Part shown: in pieces, positions 28,561 to 38,961 of the stretch
Layout: the number at the start of each line of letters is the position of its first letter
How positions within the stretch are numbered: the first letter of the stretch is position 1
NCBI GenBank assembly: GCA_964391975.1
Contig: CAYMNZ010000001.1
Location: forward strand, 198,978 to 262,977
DNA: 64,000 nt
From: an uncultured Candidatus Saccharibacteria bacterium
Lineage (GTDB): Bacteria; Patescibacteriota; Minisyncoccia; Phycocordibacterales; Phycocordibacteraceae
Direction of reading: 5' to 3'
Notes under the pieces: model-generated
Database searches by the model: none
What the model was told of the DNA's origin: nothing
Seen by the model: the letters and a program-made list of their open reading frames with translations, nothing else
Made by a program: the position numbers and the translations under genes

Positions 28561-30963
28561 CTATTTCAAATATTCGGCTGCTTCAGCAGGAGACATGGTC
28601 TCAGGGTCAACGCTTTCTGGAATAGAGATGCGACGCAGTCCTTTCTTGAGGAACCAGCCGCCCTTGCTCTTGAATGCGACCAGTTGTTTGCCGTTCACAG
28701 GATGTTTACCAATGGTGTGAGCGCGCTCGACGCCCTTTGGAAGGGGTTTAGGAGTGGAGAAGATTTCTACTGCACGCTCGAACGTGATGGTGTACGGGTC
28801 GTCACCTTTCTTGAGCGAGCGGAACTCACCATCGTGCCCGATGTAGGGGCCGAAGCGTCCGGTGTTGGCAATAATCTTCTCCCCGGTTGTTGGGTGCACA
28901 CCAAGTTCACGAGGAAGCGCGAGGTAGTGGACGGCGTCTTCGAGCGTTACTTCAGAAGGCTCCTTGCCTGCAGGAATGCTTGCGCGCTTTGCTTCAATCT
29001 TTGGCTTCTTTTTCTTCTTAGGGGTCTTTGGAGCTTTCTTAGACTTCGTGGTCTTCTTTGGCTCCGGAGCTTCTTCCTCAACAGGAGCAGTGCCGGTAGG
29101 CATCTCCACATACGGACCGAAGCGGCCAGTCTTTACGAAAATAGGGAAGCCAGTTTCTGGGTGGATACCAATAGGCTCGTCTCCCTTAAGCTCACTACCG
29201 TTCTCCTGGCGCGCGCCGTCACAATCTGGATAGCGGGTACAGGAAAGGAAGATGCCACCACGCCCGAGCTTGTACTCCATCGGGCTCGCACACTTTGGGC
29301 ACGGAAATTCTTCTGGTGCTTTACCAAGTGAGGTAGCTTTCGGAAGATCTTCCTTAGAGGCAACGGCAGTTTGAAACGGACCATAGAAATCCTTCAAGGT
29401 TGGAAGATATTTGCGCTCTCCGCGAGCAATCTCGTCGAGCTCGTCTTCCATCTCTGCGGTGAAGGAGTCGCTGATGTATTGTGCAAAGTGCTCCTCAAGC
29501 CATCCAGACACCACCATACCGGTAGCGGTGGGTTTGAGCGTACGTCCTTCCTTGTCGACGTAGCCGCGTACTTGGATGGTCTGCATGATGGAGGCGTAGG
29601 TTGAAGGGCGTCCAATGCCACGCTTCTCAAGCTCCTTAATGAGACCTGCTTCGGTGTAGCGGTTAGGTGGTTCGGTTTGCTTCTCGGTGGAGGTAAGTGA
29701 GGCAAGGTCGAGCGGGTCACCAACAGCAAGCTTCGGAAGCTCTACATCCTCTCCGCGTGCACGCGTATCAAGCGCGAGCCATCCTGGGAACAGCACTCGG
29801 GAACCGTTAGAAGAGAAGAGAGGAATTTCTGCGTCTGCCTTTGCCTTGATACTCGTGCGCTGTACTTTTGCTCCTGACATTTGGGAAGCGAGTGCACGAA
29901 TGCGAATCAGCTCATAGAGGCGCTCCTCATCATCCGTTGCTCCTGCACCACGCTTACCTGCGTCAGTTGGGCGCACGGCTTCGTGGGCTTCCTGAGCATT
30001 CTTGCTCTTGGTCTGATACACGCGGGACTGGACGTACTCTTTGCCAAACTCGCTTTCGATAACCTCGCACATGCGGGCGACCGCCTCCTTTGCAAGATTC
30101 ACGGAGTCCGTACGCATGTAGGTGATGTGTCCAGCTTCGTAGAGTTTCTGTGCGGCGCGCATAGTTCTCGAAGGTGAGAAGCCAAGACGAGTGGAAGCCG
30201 TCTGCTGCATGGTGGAGGTGGTAAACGGCGGCTTTGGTGAACGCGCCTCTGCGCGTTCCGTCATATCGCCAACCGTCCACTTTGCTTTCTGTCCGAGGGT
30301 AAGAATACGCTCAGCTTCTTCCTTGCTCGTTGGTTCCTCTACACAACTTGCAGGGAACTCACCGCCCTTACTTTTAAAGAGTGCGTCGAGTACGTAAAAG
30401 GTGTCAGGAATGAATGCTTTAATTTCGCGCTCGCGTTCAGCCAATATGCGAAGTGCTGGAGACTGCACACGTCCTGCTGAAAGGCCGTAGCGCACCTTCT
30501 TCCAAATAAGGCCGGAGAGGTCATAGCCCACGATGCGGTCGAGCACACGACGAGCCTCCTGTGCCTGGCGGAGGTTCTCATCAATGAGGCGAGGCTCCTT
30601 AAGCGCCTCCTCAATCGCGGTCTTGGTGATTTCGTGGAAGACCACGCGCTGGGGTTTCTTGAGGTCGACTGCTTCCTTTATATGCCACGCAATAGCCTCT
30701 CCTTCACGGTCGGGGTCGGTCGCAAGAAAGACCTCGTCGGCCTTTGCGGCAGCTTTGCGGATTTTGTCGATGACATCCTTCTTGCCAGCAGAAATGACAT
30801 AGCGGGGGACGAAGCCGCCTTCAATATCCACCGCGTCTTTGTTGGATTTAGGGAGGTCACGCACGTGTCCTACAGAGGCGAGCACCTCGTAGTCCTTTCC
30901 TAAATACTTCTGTACTGTCCTCGCTTTCGCTGGGGACTCCACTATAAGTAGTCTCTTAGCCAC
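28561..30963 (-). CDS. topA: DNA topoisomerase I
   Basis: IVESPAKA, ATDPDREGEAI, SAGRVQS, ITYMRTDS, zinc ribbon and C-terminal GRFGPY repeats. Confidence 0.97.
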   Translation of the reverse strand: MAKRLLIVESPAKARTVQKYLGKDYEVLASVGHVRDLPKSNKDAVDIEGGFVPRYVISAGKKDVIDKIRKAAAKADEVFLATDPDREGEAIAWHIKEAVDLKKPQRVVFHEITKTAIEEALKEPRLIDENLRQAQEARRVLDRIVGYDLSGLIWKKVRYGLSAGRVQSPALRILAEREREIKAFIPDTFYVLDALFKSKGGEFPASCVEEPTSKEEAERILTLGQKAKWTVGDMTERAEARSPKPPFTTSTMQQTASTRLGFSPSRTMRAAQKLYEAGHITYMRTDSVNLAKEAVARMCEVIESEFGKEYVQSRVYQTKSKNAQEAHEAVRPTDAGKRGAGATDDEERLYELIRIRALASQMSGAKVQRTSIKAKADAEIPLFSSNGSRVLFPGWLALDTRARGEDVELPKLAVGDPLDLASLTSTEKQTEPPNRYTEAGLIKELEKRGIGRPSTYASIMQTIQVRGYVDKEGRTLKPTATGMVVSGWLEEHFAQYISDSFTAEMEDELDEIARGERKYLPTLKDFYGPFQTAVASKEDLPKATSLGKAPEEFPCPKCASPMEYKLGRGGIFLSCTRYPDCDGARQENGSELKGDEPIGIHPETGFPIFVKTGRFGPYVEMPTGTAPVEEEAPEPKKTTKSKKAPKTPKKKKKPKIEAKRASIPAGKEPSEVTLEDAVHYLALPRELGVHPTTGEKIIANTGRFGPYIGHDGEFRSLKKGDDPYTITFERAVEIFSTPKPLPKGVERAHTIGKHPVNGKQLVAFKSKGGWFLKKGLRRISIPESVDPETMSPAEAAEYLK

Positions 30964-31014
30964 AGGCTAACTCATAGCGTACCTATATATAAGGTGTCAA
31001 ATGAAGAAATCTCA

Positions 31015-31869
31015 CTACGTGCGTCTCCAGCCTCCGTATTCTTCCTTTATTAGACCCTTGAGTTCCAGTGTCATGAGGGCTCCAACGACCTCTTTCTCCT
31101 GGTCTTTGAAGCGTTCGATAAGGTCTTTCTGCGTGACGGGTTCAAAGAGTGCAGCGTAGATAACCTGCTCGATTCCCTCGAGTTCCGGAAGCTTCTTCGG
31201 GGTTTCGTTTGGGGTAATGCCAAGTGCTTCAAGTATGTGATGGGGTTCGGTGACCAGAGCGGCGCCGAGGCGAATGAACTTGTGCGCGCCGTAGCCGTTC
31301 GGGTCTCCAATGCGGTGGGGAACGCAGAGCAGGTCGCGGTTGTATTCACCCGCAAGACGAGCAGTAATCAGGGTGCCTGACTTCTCTGCTGCCTCAATCA
31401 TGAGCACTGCGTCAGAGAGTCCCACCATAATGCGGTTTCGGGAGGGGAAGTCTTCGATGCGTGCCTTGTGGTCAGGTTCATGCTCGGAGAGAAGCGCTCC
31501 ACCTTTGGTGAGTATTTCCTTGGCGAGTTCTGCGTTGGTCTTGGGATAAATAGCATTGCTTGAAAGACCGGAGCCGGGGACCGCCATGGTGTGGAGGCCT
31601 GCGGCAAGTGCTGCACGGTGGGCAATCGCATCAATCCCGAGCGCGAGACCTGAGACGATGGAGACTGGGTAGCCTGAAAGTCCTTTGATGAGTTCCTCGC
31701 ATACCTTCTTTCCATACGGTGTTGCGGCACGCGAGCCGACTACGGTGAGGTACTTATGACCCTTCGGTGCCCACTCACCAAGCATCCACAAAGACTCCGG
31801 TGGGCGTGGAATCTCTTTGAGTCCGGCAGGGTATTCCTCCAGAGAGAGTTGTCGCAGGGCTATGGCCAT
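31015..31869 (-). CDS. dprA: DNA processing protein DprA
   Basis: VVGSR, IVSGLALGID, FPSRNRIM, KSGTLITA; conserved dprA-topA order. Confidence 0.94.
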   Translation of the reverse strand: MAIALRQLSLEEYPAGLKEIPRPPESLWMLGEWAPKGHKYLTVVGSRAATPYGKKVCEELIKGLSGYPVSIVSGLALGIDAIAHRAALAAGLHTMAVPGSGLSSNAIYPKTNAELAKEILTKGGALLSEHEPDHKARIEDFPSRNRIMVGLSDAVLMIEAAEKSGTLITARLAGEYNRDLLCVPHRIGDPNGYGAHKFIRLGAALVTEPHHILEALGITPNETPKKLPELEGIEQVIYAALFEPVTQKDLIERFKDQEKEVVGALMTLELKGLIKEEYGGWRRT

Positions 31870-31889
31870 ACTATGCTAAGACGAAAGAC

Positions 31890-33203
31890 ATGCTCGATAT
31901 TCATTTTATACGAGAGAACGCACAGTTAGTGAAGGACGCTGCGCGAAACAAGAACGTCGAGGTGGATATCGACAGGCTCCTTGTGGTGGACGAGGAACGC
32001 AAAGCCCTCCTGCAGGACTTGGAAGGTAAGCGGGCCGAACAGAACCGAGCCTCCAAGACCATCATGCTTGCTAAGGGAGAGGAGAAGGAAAAGCTTCTTG
32101 AGGCTATGCGTCACCTGAAGAGTGGTATGGGAGAGCTTCAGGAGCGCTTCGACGTACTTGATCTTGAGTGGACCAAGCTCATGCTCGCGGTCCCGAACCT
32201 CCCGTCTCCTGATACACCTGTTGGCAAAGACGAAGACGAGAACGTCATACTTCGTGAATGGGGAGAGAAGCCGAAGTTTTCATTCCCTGCTAAGCCGCAC
32301 TGGGAGTTAGGTGCTGAGCTTGGCATCATCAATACCGAGAAGGCAGGAGAAATCTCTGGAGCTCGCTTTGCGTACCTCATGGGCGATCTCGTGCTTATGC
32401 AGTTTGCGCTTGTTGATATGGTGATGAAGTCGCTTACTTCTCGCGAGACCATGCAGAAGATAATTACTGAGGCAGGACTCGATGTGGATCCAAAGCCATT
32501 TGTGCCAGTCATTCCTCCGGTCATGATGCGCGCCAACGTCATGGGTCGCATGGCACGCCTGCATCCTATTGATGAGCGCTACTACTTCGAGAAAGACGAT
32601 GCAGTATTGATTGGAAGCGCCGAGCACACGATGGGTCCGCTTCATATGGACGAAATCATCGAAGAGAAGAATCTTCCGATTCGCTACCTTGGCTACTCCA
32701 CTTCCTTCCGTCGTGAAGCAGGAGCGGCAGGAAAGGACACGCGCGGCATTTTGCGTCAGCACCAGTTCGACAAGCTTGAGATGGAATCGTTCGCGCGTCC
32801 GGAAGAAGGGTACCGCGAGCAGGACTTGATGGTTGCCATTCAGGAATATTTTGTGAAGCAACTTGAGCTTCCGTACAACGTGATGATTTGCTGCACCGGC
32901 GACATGGGTGGTCCCGACCAGCGCCATCTTGATATCAACATCTGGATGCCAGGACAGGATACGTATCGCGAGACACACAGTGCTGACTACATGGGTGGCT
33001 ATCAGGCACGTCGTTTGAATACACGCGTGAAGGATGCGGAGGGCAATCTCACCCATGTGCACATGAACGACGCTACTGCGTTTGCCATTGGCCGCACCCT
33101 CATTGCCATCATGGAGAACTATCAGCAGGAAGATGGCTCCATCCGCGTACCTTCCGTACTTGTTCCTTATGTCGGCAAAGAAGTCATTCGACGTCAGGCG
33201 TAA
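31890..33203 (+). CDS. serS: serine--tRNA ligase
   Basis: MLDIHFIREN, FRREAG, RQHQFDKLE, class II motif 3. Confidence 0.96.
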   Translation: MLDIHFIRENAQLVKDAARNKNVEVDIDRLLVVDEERKALLQDLEGKRAEQNRASKTIMLAKGEEKEKLLEAMRHLKSGMGELQERFDVLDLEWTKLMLAVPNLPSPDTPVGKDEDENVILREWGEKPKFSFPAKPHWELGAELGIINTEKAGEISGARFAYLMGDLVLMQFALVDMVMKSLTSRETMQKIITEAGLDVDPKPFVPVIPPVMMRANVMGRMARLHPIDERYYFEKDDAVLIGSAEHTMGPLHMDEIIEEKNLPIRYLGYSTSFRREAGAAGKDTRGILRQHQFDKLEMESFARPEEGYREQDLMVAIQEYFVKQLELPYNVMICCTGDMGGPDQRHLDINIWMPGQDTYRETHSADYMGGYQARRLNTRVKDAEGNLTHVHMNDATAFAIGRTLIAIMENYQQEDGSIRVPSVLVPYVGKEVIRRQA

Positions 33204-34095
33204 GGCTCCGGCGAGGAAAGCAGCAGCACCTGCACCTCGTCGTAAGCCTGCCGCTAGAAAGCCCGTAAAGGCGCCTGTGAGGCGCAGTACGCTTGCGGCA
33301 CGTCGTCGTGAGGAAAAGGGTCGCCTTATGGGTTTCTGGGTGCTTGGCGCCGTAATTTTGGTTGGCGCTGTTCTCTATGGTTTCTGGCGTCCGGAGGTGC
33401 GTATTCAAGAGGTGGCTGCACCAAGCGACGCGCACGTTGTTATAGCCAAGGAATCTCTTTCTGGTGCCTATTGGTATGTCTTTCCGCGTGATTCCATCTT
33501 CTTCTACCCAGAAGCTGCTATACGCACAGCAGTGATGGAGGAGTATCCTGAGATTTCTTCACTCTCTATATCTCGCACTGGTTTCACTTCTATCTCGCTT
33601 AAGACAGTTTCGCGTACTGCGGCATTTTGGTGGTGCGGTACTCCAGAGAATGCATCGGCTGCTAACACCACCTGCTTCGAAGCGGACGCGGAGGGGCTCA
33701 TCTTCCGTCCGGTGATTGCAGAGGATGCGTCTTCTACGCCTACGGGTTCCGCGCTTCGCATTTATGCCAATCTCGCTGAGGCGGACAGGGGTCCGAGTTA
33801 TCCCCTGAAAGCGCGCATGGAGAATCTAGACAACATTCCGGATGTACTTCGCTTCGTGAAAGCAATGAAGTCGCTTGGCGTTTCTCCTGTTTCCCTCGCT
33901 ATACGTGAAGACGAGGCAGACCTCTTTGTGCCGAGCTCGGGACGCGGCACGAGAATTACCTATGTGCTCGGGCGCGAAGAGGTGGCAGCTGCACTTGCTG
34001 CCGCAGTGTTTCCTTCGCTCAATTTAACTGACGGTTCAGTTGAGTATGTGGACCTTCGCTTTTCTGGGAAGGCATACGTGAAGCGAAGAGAGTAA
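33169..34095 (+). CDS. FtsQ/DivIB-like bitopic membrane protein
   Basis: Basic N-tail, one TM, POTRA-like segment, terminal YVDLRF. Confidence 0.7.
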   Translation: MSAKKSFDVRRKAPARKAAAPAPRRKPAARKPVKAPVRRSTLAARRREEKGRLMGFWVLGAVILVGAVLYGFWRPEVRIQEVAAPSDAHVVIAKESLSGAYWYVFPRDSIFFYPEAAIRTAVMEEYPEISSLSISRTGFTSISLKTVSRTAAFWWCGTPENASAANTTCFEADAEGLIFRPVIAEDASSTPTGSALRIYANLAEADRGPSYPLKARMENLDNIPDVLRFVKAMKSLGVSPVSLAIREDEADLFVPSSGRGTRITYVLGREEVAAALAAAVFPSLNLTDGSVEYVDLRFSGKAYVKRRE

Positions 34096-34099
34096 CTCT

Positions 34100-34576
34100 A
34101 TGAGCAAAGTCTTACTTCGACAGTTTGAAGAGCAGGACCAGGACGCAGTGTACGCACTGCATCTACTCGGACTCAAGCAAACAGGAAGTTACATTGAGAA
34201 TCCCGAGGCACGGGATGAATGGGACAAGGACCTCCTCAACATACGTGAGACCTATCTGAATGGAGAGGGAGAATTCCTTGTTGCACACTCAGGGGTAAAG
34301 ATTGTGGGTATGGGCGCGTTGCGCAAACATGACGCTCGAACCGCAGAGATTAAGCGAATGCGAGTTGATCCCGAGTTTCAGGGCATAGGCATAGGCGGGA
34401 GGATACTCGACACACTCTTGGCTACAGCAAAGGAACTGGGGTACATGCGCGCCATACTCGACACTTCGGTCATGCAAGTACCAGCGCAGCACCTCTACGA
34501 GTCTCGCGGATTTGAGCTCTACAAACGAGACATCCAATACGGTCAGGGAATGATGTACTACGAGAAGGAGTTGTAG
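34100..34576 (+). CDS. GNAT acetyltransferase
   Basis: AEIKRMRVDPEFQGIGIG, LYESRGF. Confidence 0.88.
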   Translation: MSKVLLRQFEEQDQDAVYALHLLGLKQTGSYIENPEARDEWDKDLLNIRETYLNGEGEFLVAHSGVKIVGMGALRKHDARTAEIKRMRVDPEFQGIGIGGRILDTLLATAKELGYMRAILDTSVMQVPAQHLYESRGFELYKRDIQYGQGMMYYEKEL

Positions 34577-34591
34577 GGTAGAGTGGCCGAT

Positions 34592-35569
34592 ATGGATTCG
34601 TTCTGGAACAAGCTCCCAAAGCCGTTCTTCGTACTCGCGCCAATGGCGGATGTCACAGACCCTGCCTACCGCAGGCTTATATCTGAAACAGGAAAGCCGG
34701 ATGTCTCGTGGACGGAGTTTGTCTCCGCAGACGGTCTTTTTCATACTCGGGAGAAGAAAGGCATGAAGGATGAGGAGAATCCCCTTATGCGGGACCTCCA
34801 GTTTTCGGAGGGAGAGCGACCGATTGTCGCGCAGTTCTTCTCCGGCACTCCGGAGATGATGGAGTATGCAGCCAAGCTTGCGCTCTCACTTGGGTTTGAT
34901 GGCGTTGATATCAACATGGGTTGCCCTGACCGCTCCATTGAGAAGCAGGGAGCCGGAGCGGGGCACATGAAGAATCCGGAGCTCGCCAAGGAAGTGATAC
35001 GTGCGGCAGTGCGTGGGACCGAAGGAAAGATTCCTGTGTCAGTGAAGACTCGCCTTGGTTACAACCGCATGGAGTACGAGACGTGGTTGCCAGCGGTGCT
35101 TGAGGAAGATATTGCCGCGCTTACCGTGCACCTTCGCACACGCAAAGAGATGTCGCTTGTTCCCGCGCACTGGGAACTGGTGCCAGAGATTGTTGCTATA
35201 CGGGATCGTGTAAAGCCTTCTGTGCTGCTTTTGGCTAATGGGGATGTGAAGAGTATTTCTGAGGCTCGTGAGAAGGCGCTCGCTACCGGACTTGATGGCG
35301 TCATGCTTGGTCGCGGTATCTTTGGAAATCCTTGGCTGTTTTCTACTAAGGAGGAGGCAGCTTCTCGGGAGAAGCTAGAGGCGTTGCTTACGCTTGCGCG
35401 CTATTTCTCCGAACTTACTCCGCCCAAGCACTTCGCCATCCTTAAGAAGCACTTTAAAGCCTTTGTGAATGGCTTTGATGGTGCGGCGGAACTCCGGGGG
35501 AAGCTTATGGAGACCAATTCGCTCTCAGAGCTCGAACCATTAATTGAAGAGGCAATTCCCTTGGTATAA
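34592..35569 (+). CDS. tRNA-dihydrouridine synthase
   Basis: LAPMADVTD, DINMGCP, VSVKTRLG, ANGDV, GVMLGRG. Confidence 0.92.
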   Translation: MDSFWNKLPKPFFVLAPMADVTDPAYRRLISETGKPDVSWTEFVSADGLFHTREKKGMKDEENPLMRDLQFSEGERPIVAQFFSGTPEMMEYAAKLALSLGFDGVDINMGCPDRSIEKQGAGAGHMKNPELAKEVIRAAVRGTEGKIPVSVKTRLGYNRMEYETWLPAVLEEDIAALTVHLRTRKEMSLVPAHWELVPEIVAIRDRVKPSVLLLANGDVKSISEAREKALATGLDGVMLGRGIFGNPWLFSTKEEAASREKLEALLTLARYFSELTPPKHFAILKKHFKAFVNGFDGAAELRGKLMETNSLSELEPLIEEAIPLV

Positions 35570-35577
35570 TCCCTGGT

Positions 35578-36606
35578 ATGAGTCACCAGTCCCTCTATAG
35601 GGCGTATCGTCCGCAGTCCTTCAAGGAAGTTGTGGGACAGGAGCAGGTTACGGCACCACTTGCCGAACAGATTAAAGGAAAGACGGTAGGACATGCGTAT
35701 TTGTTCGCCGGGTCTCGTGGTCTTGGAAAAACCTCTGTTGCGCGCATCTTTGCGGCTGAGCTTGGAGTCACTGAGAAGGATTTGTATGAGATTGATGCTG
35801 CAAGCAACAACAGCGTCGACATGATTCGAGAGCTGAATGCGAACGTATTTACGCTTCCCTTTGAATCTCCATACAAGCTCTACATTCTGGATGAGGTGCA
35901 CATGTTCTCGAAGGGAGCATGGAATGCGTTTTTGAAGACGCTTGAGGAGCCGCCAGCGCACGCGATGTTTGTGCTTGCGACCACCGAGCTCGATAAGGTG
36001 CCGGAGACGGTGCAGTCTCGATGCCAGGTGTTTGAGTTCCGTAAGCCATCGCGTGCCGGACTCATGAAGATTGTGTCTTCTGTTTCCAAGAAGGAAGGAT
36101 ACGAGATAGAGCCTGCTGCTGCTGATTTAATTGCGCTTCTGGCTGATGGTTCTTATCGTGATGCGCTTTCGGTGCTTGAGCGAGTGTTCGCGTCTTCTCC
36201 TGACAAGAAGGTGACTCGTGAGGAAGCTGAGAAGGCTACCGGAGCGCCAAAGCGCGTGCTGGTAACGGCTCTCGCTTCTGCATTGTCTGCTGGTTCCGTT
36301 GATGCCGCTCTCACCGCTATTCGTCGGGCAGCTTCCGAGAATGTGGATATGAAGATGTATTTGTCGCTCGTCCTTGAGTACCTGCGGAGCGTGTTGCTTG
36401 TTCGTCACGCCACTGAACTGCGCAAGGAGATTGCAGAGGAAGTAGGGGCTGATGAATACGCGGAGATAGAGAAGCTTGCCATGGATAAAGAATCCAAGCT
36501 TACTCACGCAACACTTCGTACGTTTTTGGATGCAGCAGCCCGTGTGCGCTTTGCACCAGTGCCTGCGCTTCCGCTTGAGCTTGCAGTGCTTGAGCTCTAC
36601 TCGTAA
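35578..36606 (+). CDS. dnaX: DNA polymerase III gamma/tau
   Basis: LYRAYRPQSF, GSRGLGKT, EIDAAS, DEVHM, SRC. Confidence 0.94.
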   Translation: MSHQSLYRAYRPQSFKEVVGQEQVTAPLAEQIKGKTVGHAYLFAGSRGLGKTSVARIFAAELGVTEKDLYEIDAASNNSVDMIRELNANVFTLPFESPYKLYILDEVHMFSKGAWNAFLKTLEEPPAHAMFVLATTELDKVPETVQSRCQVFEFRKPSRAGLMKIVSSVSKKEGYEIEPAAADLIALLADGSYRDALSVLERVFASSPDKKVTREEAEKATGAPKRVLVTALASALSAGSVDAALTAIRRAASENVDMKMYLSLVLEYLRSVLLVRHATELRKEIAEEVGADEYAEIEKLAMDKESKLTHATLRTFLDAAARVRFAPVPALPLELAVLELYS

Positions 36607-37496
36607 TGCTGACGAAAGTTACCGGACCACTCATTCTTATTGCAGCGGTAGTAGCCGTCGGGTACTCGGTATCTGAGCTCGAGCTCTTTGCTGAACCGTG
36701 TGCGGAGCCGGTGGAATACCACGTGGGCACCATAGACCCGCGCTATGGGATATCGAATGCTGAGCTTGCTGCTGATTTGGCGCAGGTAGCAGCACTGTGG
36801 AATACGGCTGCGGGGAAAACGGTGGTGACTTTCGCTGCTGATGGAGAGGTTGCAGTGAATCTTGAATACACTGAAGAGCAGGCAACGTCTGAGCTTGGAG
36901 TGGTAATCGACCAGCAGCAAGCAGATTACGATAAGGCGCAGGCGCAGTTTGAAATACTGGCAGACCAACTGGATTCTGCAAAGAATACGTATGAGCGGCT
37001 CGAAGCCTCCTTCAATGTGAAGGCGGATATGTACGAGAACGATGTTGCGTATTGGAACGCACGCGGAGGTGCGCCTCCTGCAGAGTACGAAAAGCTTCAA
37101 GCAATGCAGCGGCAGCTTGATCGGGAACAAGCTGCGCTCAACGCTCAGGCAGCAAAGGTGAACGCTGTGGTTGATGAGATGAACAACAAGGTGGATGCCT
37201 TAAACAGGATGGCGGACGCCATTAATTCTCGGGTGGATGTGTATAACGCCAACTCACACACTGAGTTCGACCAGGGCCGCTATATAGAAGATGAGAAAGG
37301 GAAGCGCATTACGATTCGGGAGTTCACCGAAGAGATTGAGCTCAAGCGTGTGCTGACGCATGAATTAGGGCATGCCATTGGTCTTAACCACGTAGAGGAC
37401 CCTGATTCCATCATGTATTCCTTTAACGCAGGGGATGAGCTGGTCCTCACCGAGGAGGATATAGCTGAGCTAAAGAACGTCTGCGAGCTTGATTAG
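36606..37496 (+). CDS. matrixin-family (metzincin) metalloprotease with coiled-coil insert
   Basis: HELGHAIGLNH plus SIM Met-turn; N-terminal anchor. Confidence 0.85.
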   Translation: MLTKVTGPLILIAAVVAVGYSVSELELFAEPCAEPVEYHVGTIDPRYGISNAELAADLAQVAALWNTAAGKTVVTFAADGEVAVNLEYTEEQATSELGVVIDQQQADYDKAQAQFEILADQLDSAKNTYERLEASFNVKADMYENDVAYWNARGGAPPAEYEKLQAMQRQLDREQAALNAQAAKVNAVVDEMNNKVDALNRMADAINSRVDVYNANSHTEFDQGRYIEDEKGKRITIREFTEEIELKRVLTHELGHAIGLNHVEDPDSIMYSFNAGDELVLTEEDIAELKNVCELD

Positions 37497-37525
37497 GGGC
37501 CGTAGAGGAGGCAGGATAGCAGTAT

Positions 37526-37596
37526 TGGGGGGTCGTCTAATGGTAGGACAGCGGCCTTTGAAGCCGTGAATCTAGGTTCGATCCCTAGCCCCCCAG
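37526..37596 (+). tRNA. tRNA-Gln(TTG)
   Basis: TGGGGGGTCGTCTAATGGTAGGAC, GCGGC-CTTTGAA-GCCGT, GGTTCGATCCC. Confidence 0.95.
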
Positions 37597-37616
37597 CAAC
37601 AGGTATACTTCTCTCA

Positions 37617-38294
37617 ATGAACCGTAAGGAGCACAACATTCCTGCGTTTGTAAAACCTCTCCAAGGTCATAATGAGCACGATCCAGAGCGTTACAGCAAA
37701 CTACTTCAAGTTGGAGACCGTGCAGACCTTGTTATAAGAGAATTGGAGTTTGAGAGAGAGTTTCCGCTTGAAAACGTATCGCTTCACGAGAAAGCAGTCC
37801 TTCTAAAGAATACCCTTGAAGAATTAGAACAAAAATACGCAATTCGCATTGCCCCAACTCGCTTTATCGTTGCAGAAAATGAAACAGGTAGGGAATCTGT
37901 ATTTGCCCTCGTAGACAATGTCACTGATTCTGAACATGTATCAACGGAGGAACAAGATGCTCTCCTGCACTCTCTTTGGAAAAATTTAATTGCGTATGTA
38001 GACGATAAGCTTTCTACAGGCGGTTATTTCTTGACTGATATTCACAGGCTCGACCAATATGAATATGGACGCACAGGAAGTGACACAGAAAATCATCTCT
38101 ACCTTGTAGACGTTGATCCCTACCTCTCAGAAGCAACACCGGAGCACCTCTACAATTTTTCAACTATGTTCTTGGAAAATATGCACATAGAACTAGACAA
38201 TGCTCCACTTACCGGCCACCCAGACCTTACAGGGGAGTTAGCAGCTCTCATAGATAAGTGCAGAGACGAAATCGTTAGGAGGCGGACGGCATAA
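37617..38294 (+). CDS. hypothetical protein, possible kinase-like fold
   Basis: TATACT upstream of ATG 37617; FLTDIHRLDQY...LYLVDVD. Confidence 0.6.
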   Translation: MNRKEHNIPAFVKPLQGHNEHDPERYSKLLQVGDRADLVIRELEFEREFPLENVSLHEKAVLLKNTLEELEQKYAIRIAPTRFIVAENETGRESVFALVDNVTDSEHVSTEEQDALLHSLWKNLIAYVDDKLSTGGYFLTDIHRLDQYEYGRTGSDTENHLYLVDVDPYLSEATPEHLYNFSTMFLENMHIELDNAPLTGHPDLTGELAALIDKCRDEIVRRRTA

Positions 38295-38343
38295 GGTTCC
38301 AACATCGTCCCAGACAGCCAGCCTAATTTGATATAAAAGGTAG

Positions 38344-38961
38344 ATGAACCCCATTCGCCACATCTGGTTCGACTTCAGCGACACCATCGTTGCCTTCGAC
38401 GAAGGACTCCATGACGAGCTGGTCTATGAATCCTACTCGGAGATCACTGGTAACCCCATAACCCCAGAGCTCAAGGAAGAGTTCGCGAACCTCTTTAAGG
38501 AACACGGTAGTTACACCAAAAGCTTCATTGCGCTCGGAAAGGCTCATGATTTCTGGTCCGACCGTATCAGTTCAGTTGACCCCAAAGTTTTCCTGCGCCT
38601 TACGGACCCAGAAGCTCCTCAGATCTTCCAGGAACTCAGGAAGCTAGTTCCAATATCATTGTGGTCAAACATTCACGCGAAAAAGATGTTGCCTGCACTG
38701 GGCATAGACCCCACATGGTTCACGCACATACTCGGGCCCGACGAAGTAAAGAAGCCCAAGCCAGCTCTTGATGGCTTCAACCTATTGATTGAACGATCTG
38801 GCATTCCTGCGGAAGAAATACTCTTCGTTGGAGACAGTTTGGTAAAAGAAGTACGTCCTGCGAAATCTCTTGGCATACAGGCCGGGCTCATATGGAGCGA
38901 ATCACCGGAAGCTGACTATTCCTTCAAGAACTTTATGGATATTCTTACGATACTTCAATGA
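38344..38961 (+). CDS. HAD-family hydrolase
   Basis: WFDFSDTI, WSN, KPKP, FVGDS. Confidence 0.85.
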   Translation: MNPIRHIWFDFSDTIVAFDEGLHDELVYESYSEITGNPITPELKEEFANLFKEHGSYTKSFIALGKAHDFWSDRISSVDPKVFLRLTDPEAPQIFQELRKLVPISLWSNIHAKKMLPALGIDPTWFTHILGPDEVKKPKPALDGFNLLIERSGIPAEEILFVGDSLVKEVRPAKSLGIQAGLIWSESPEADYSFKNFMDILTILQ

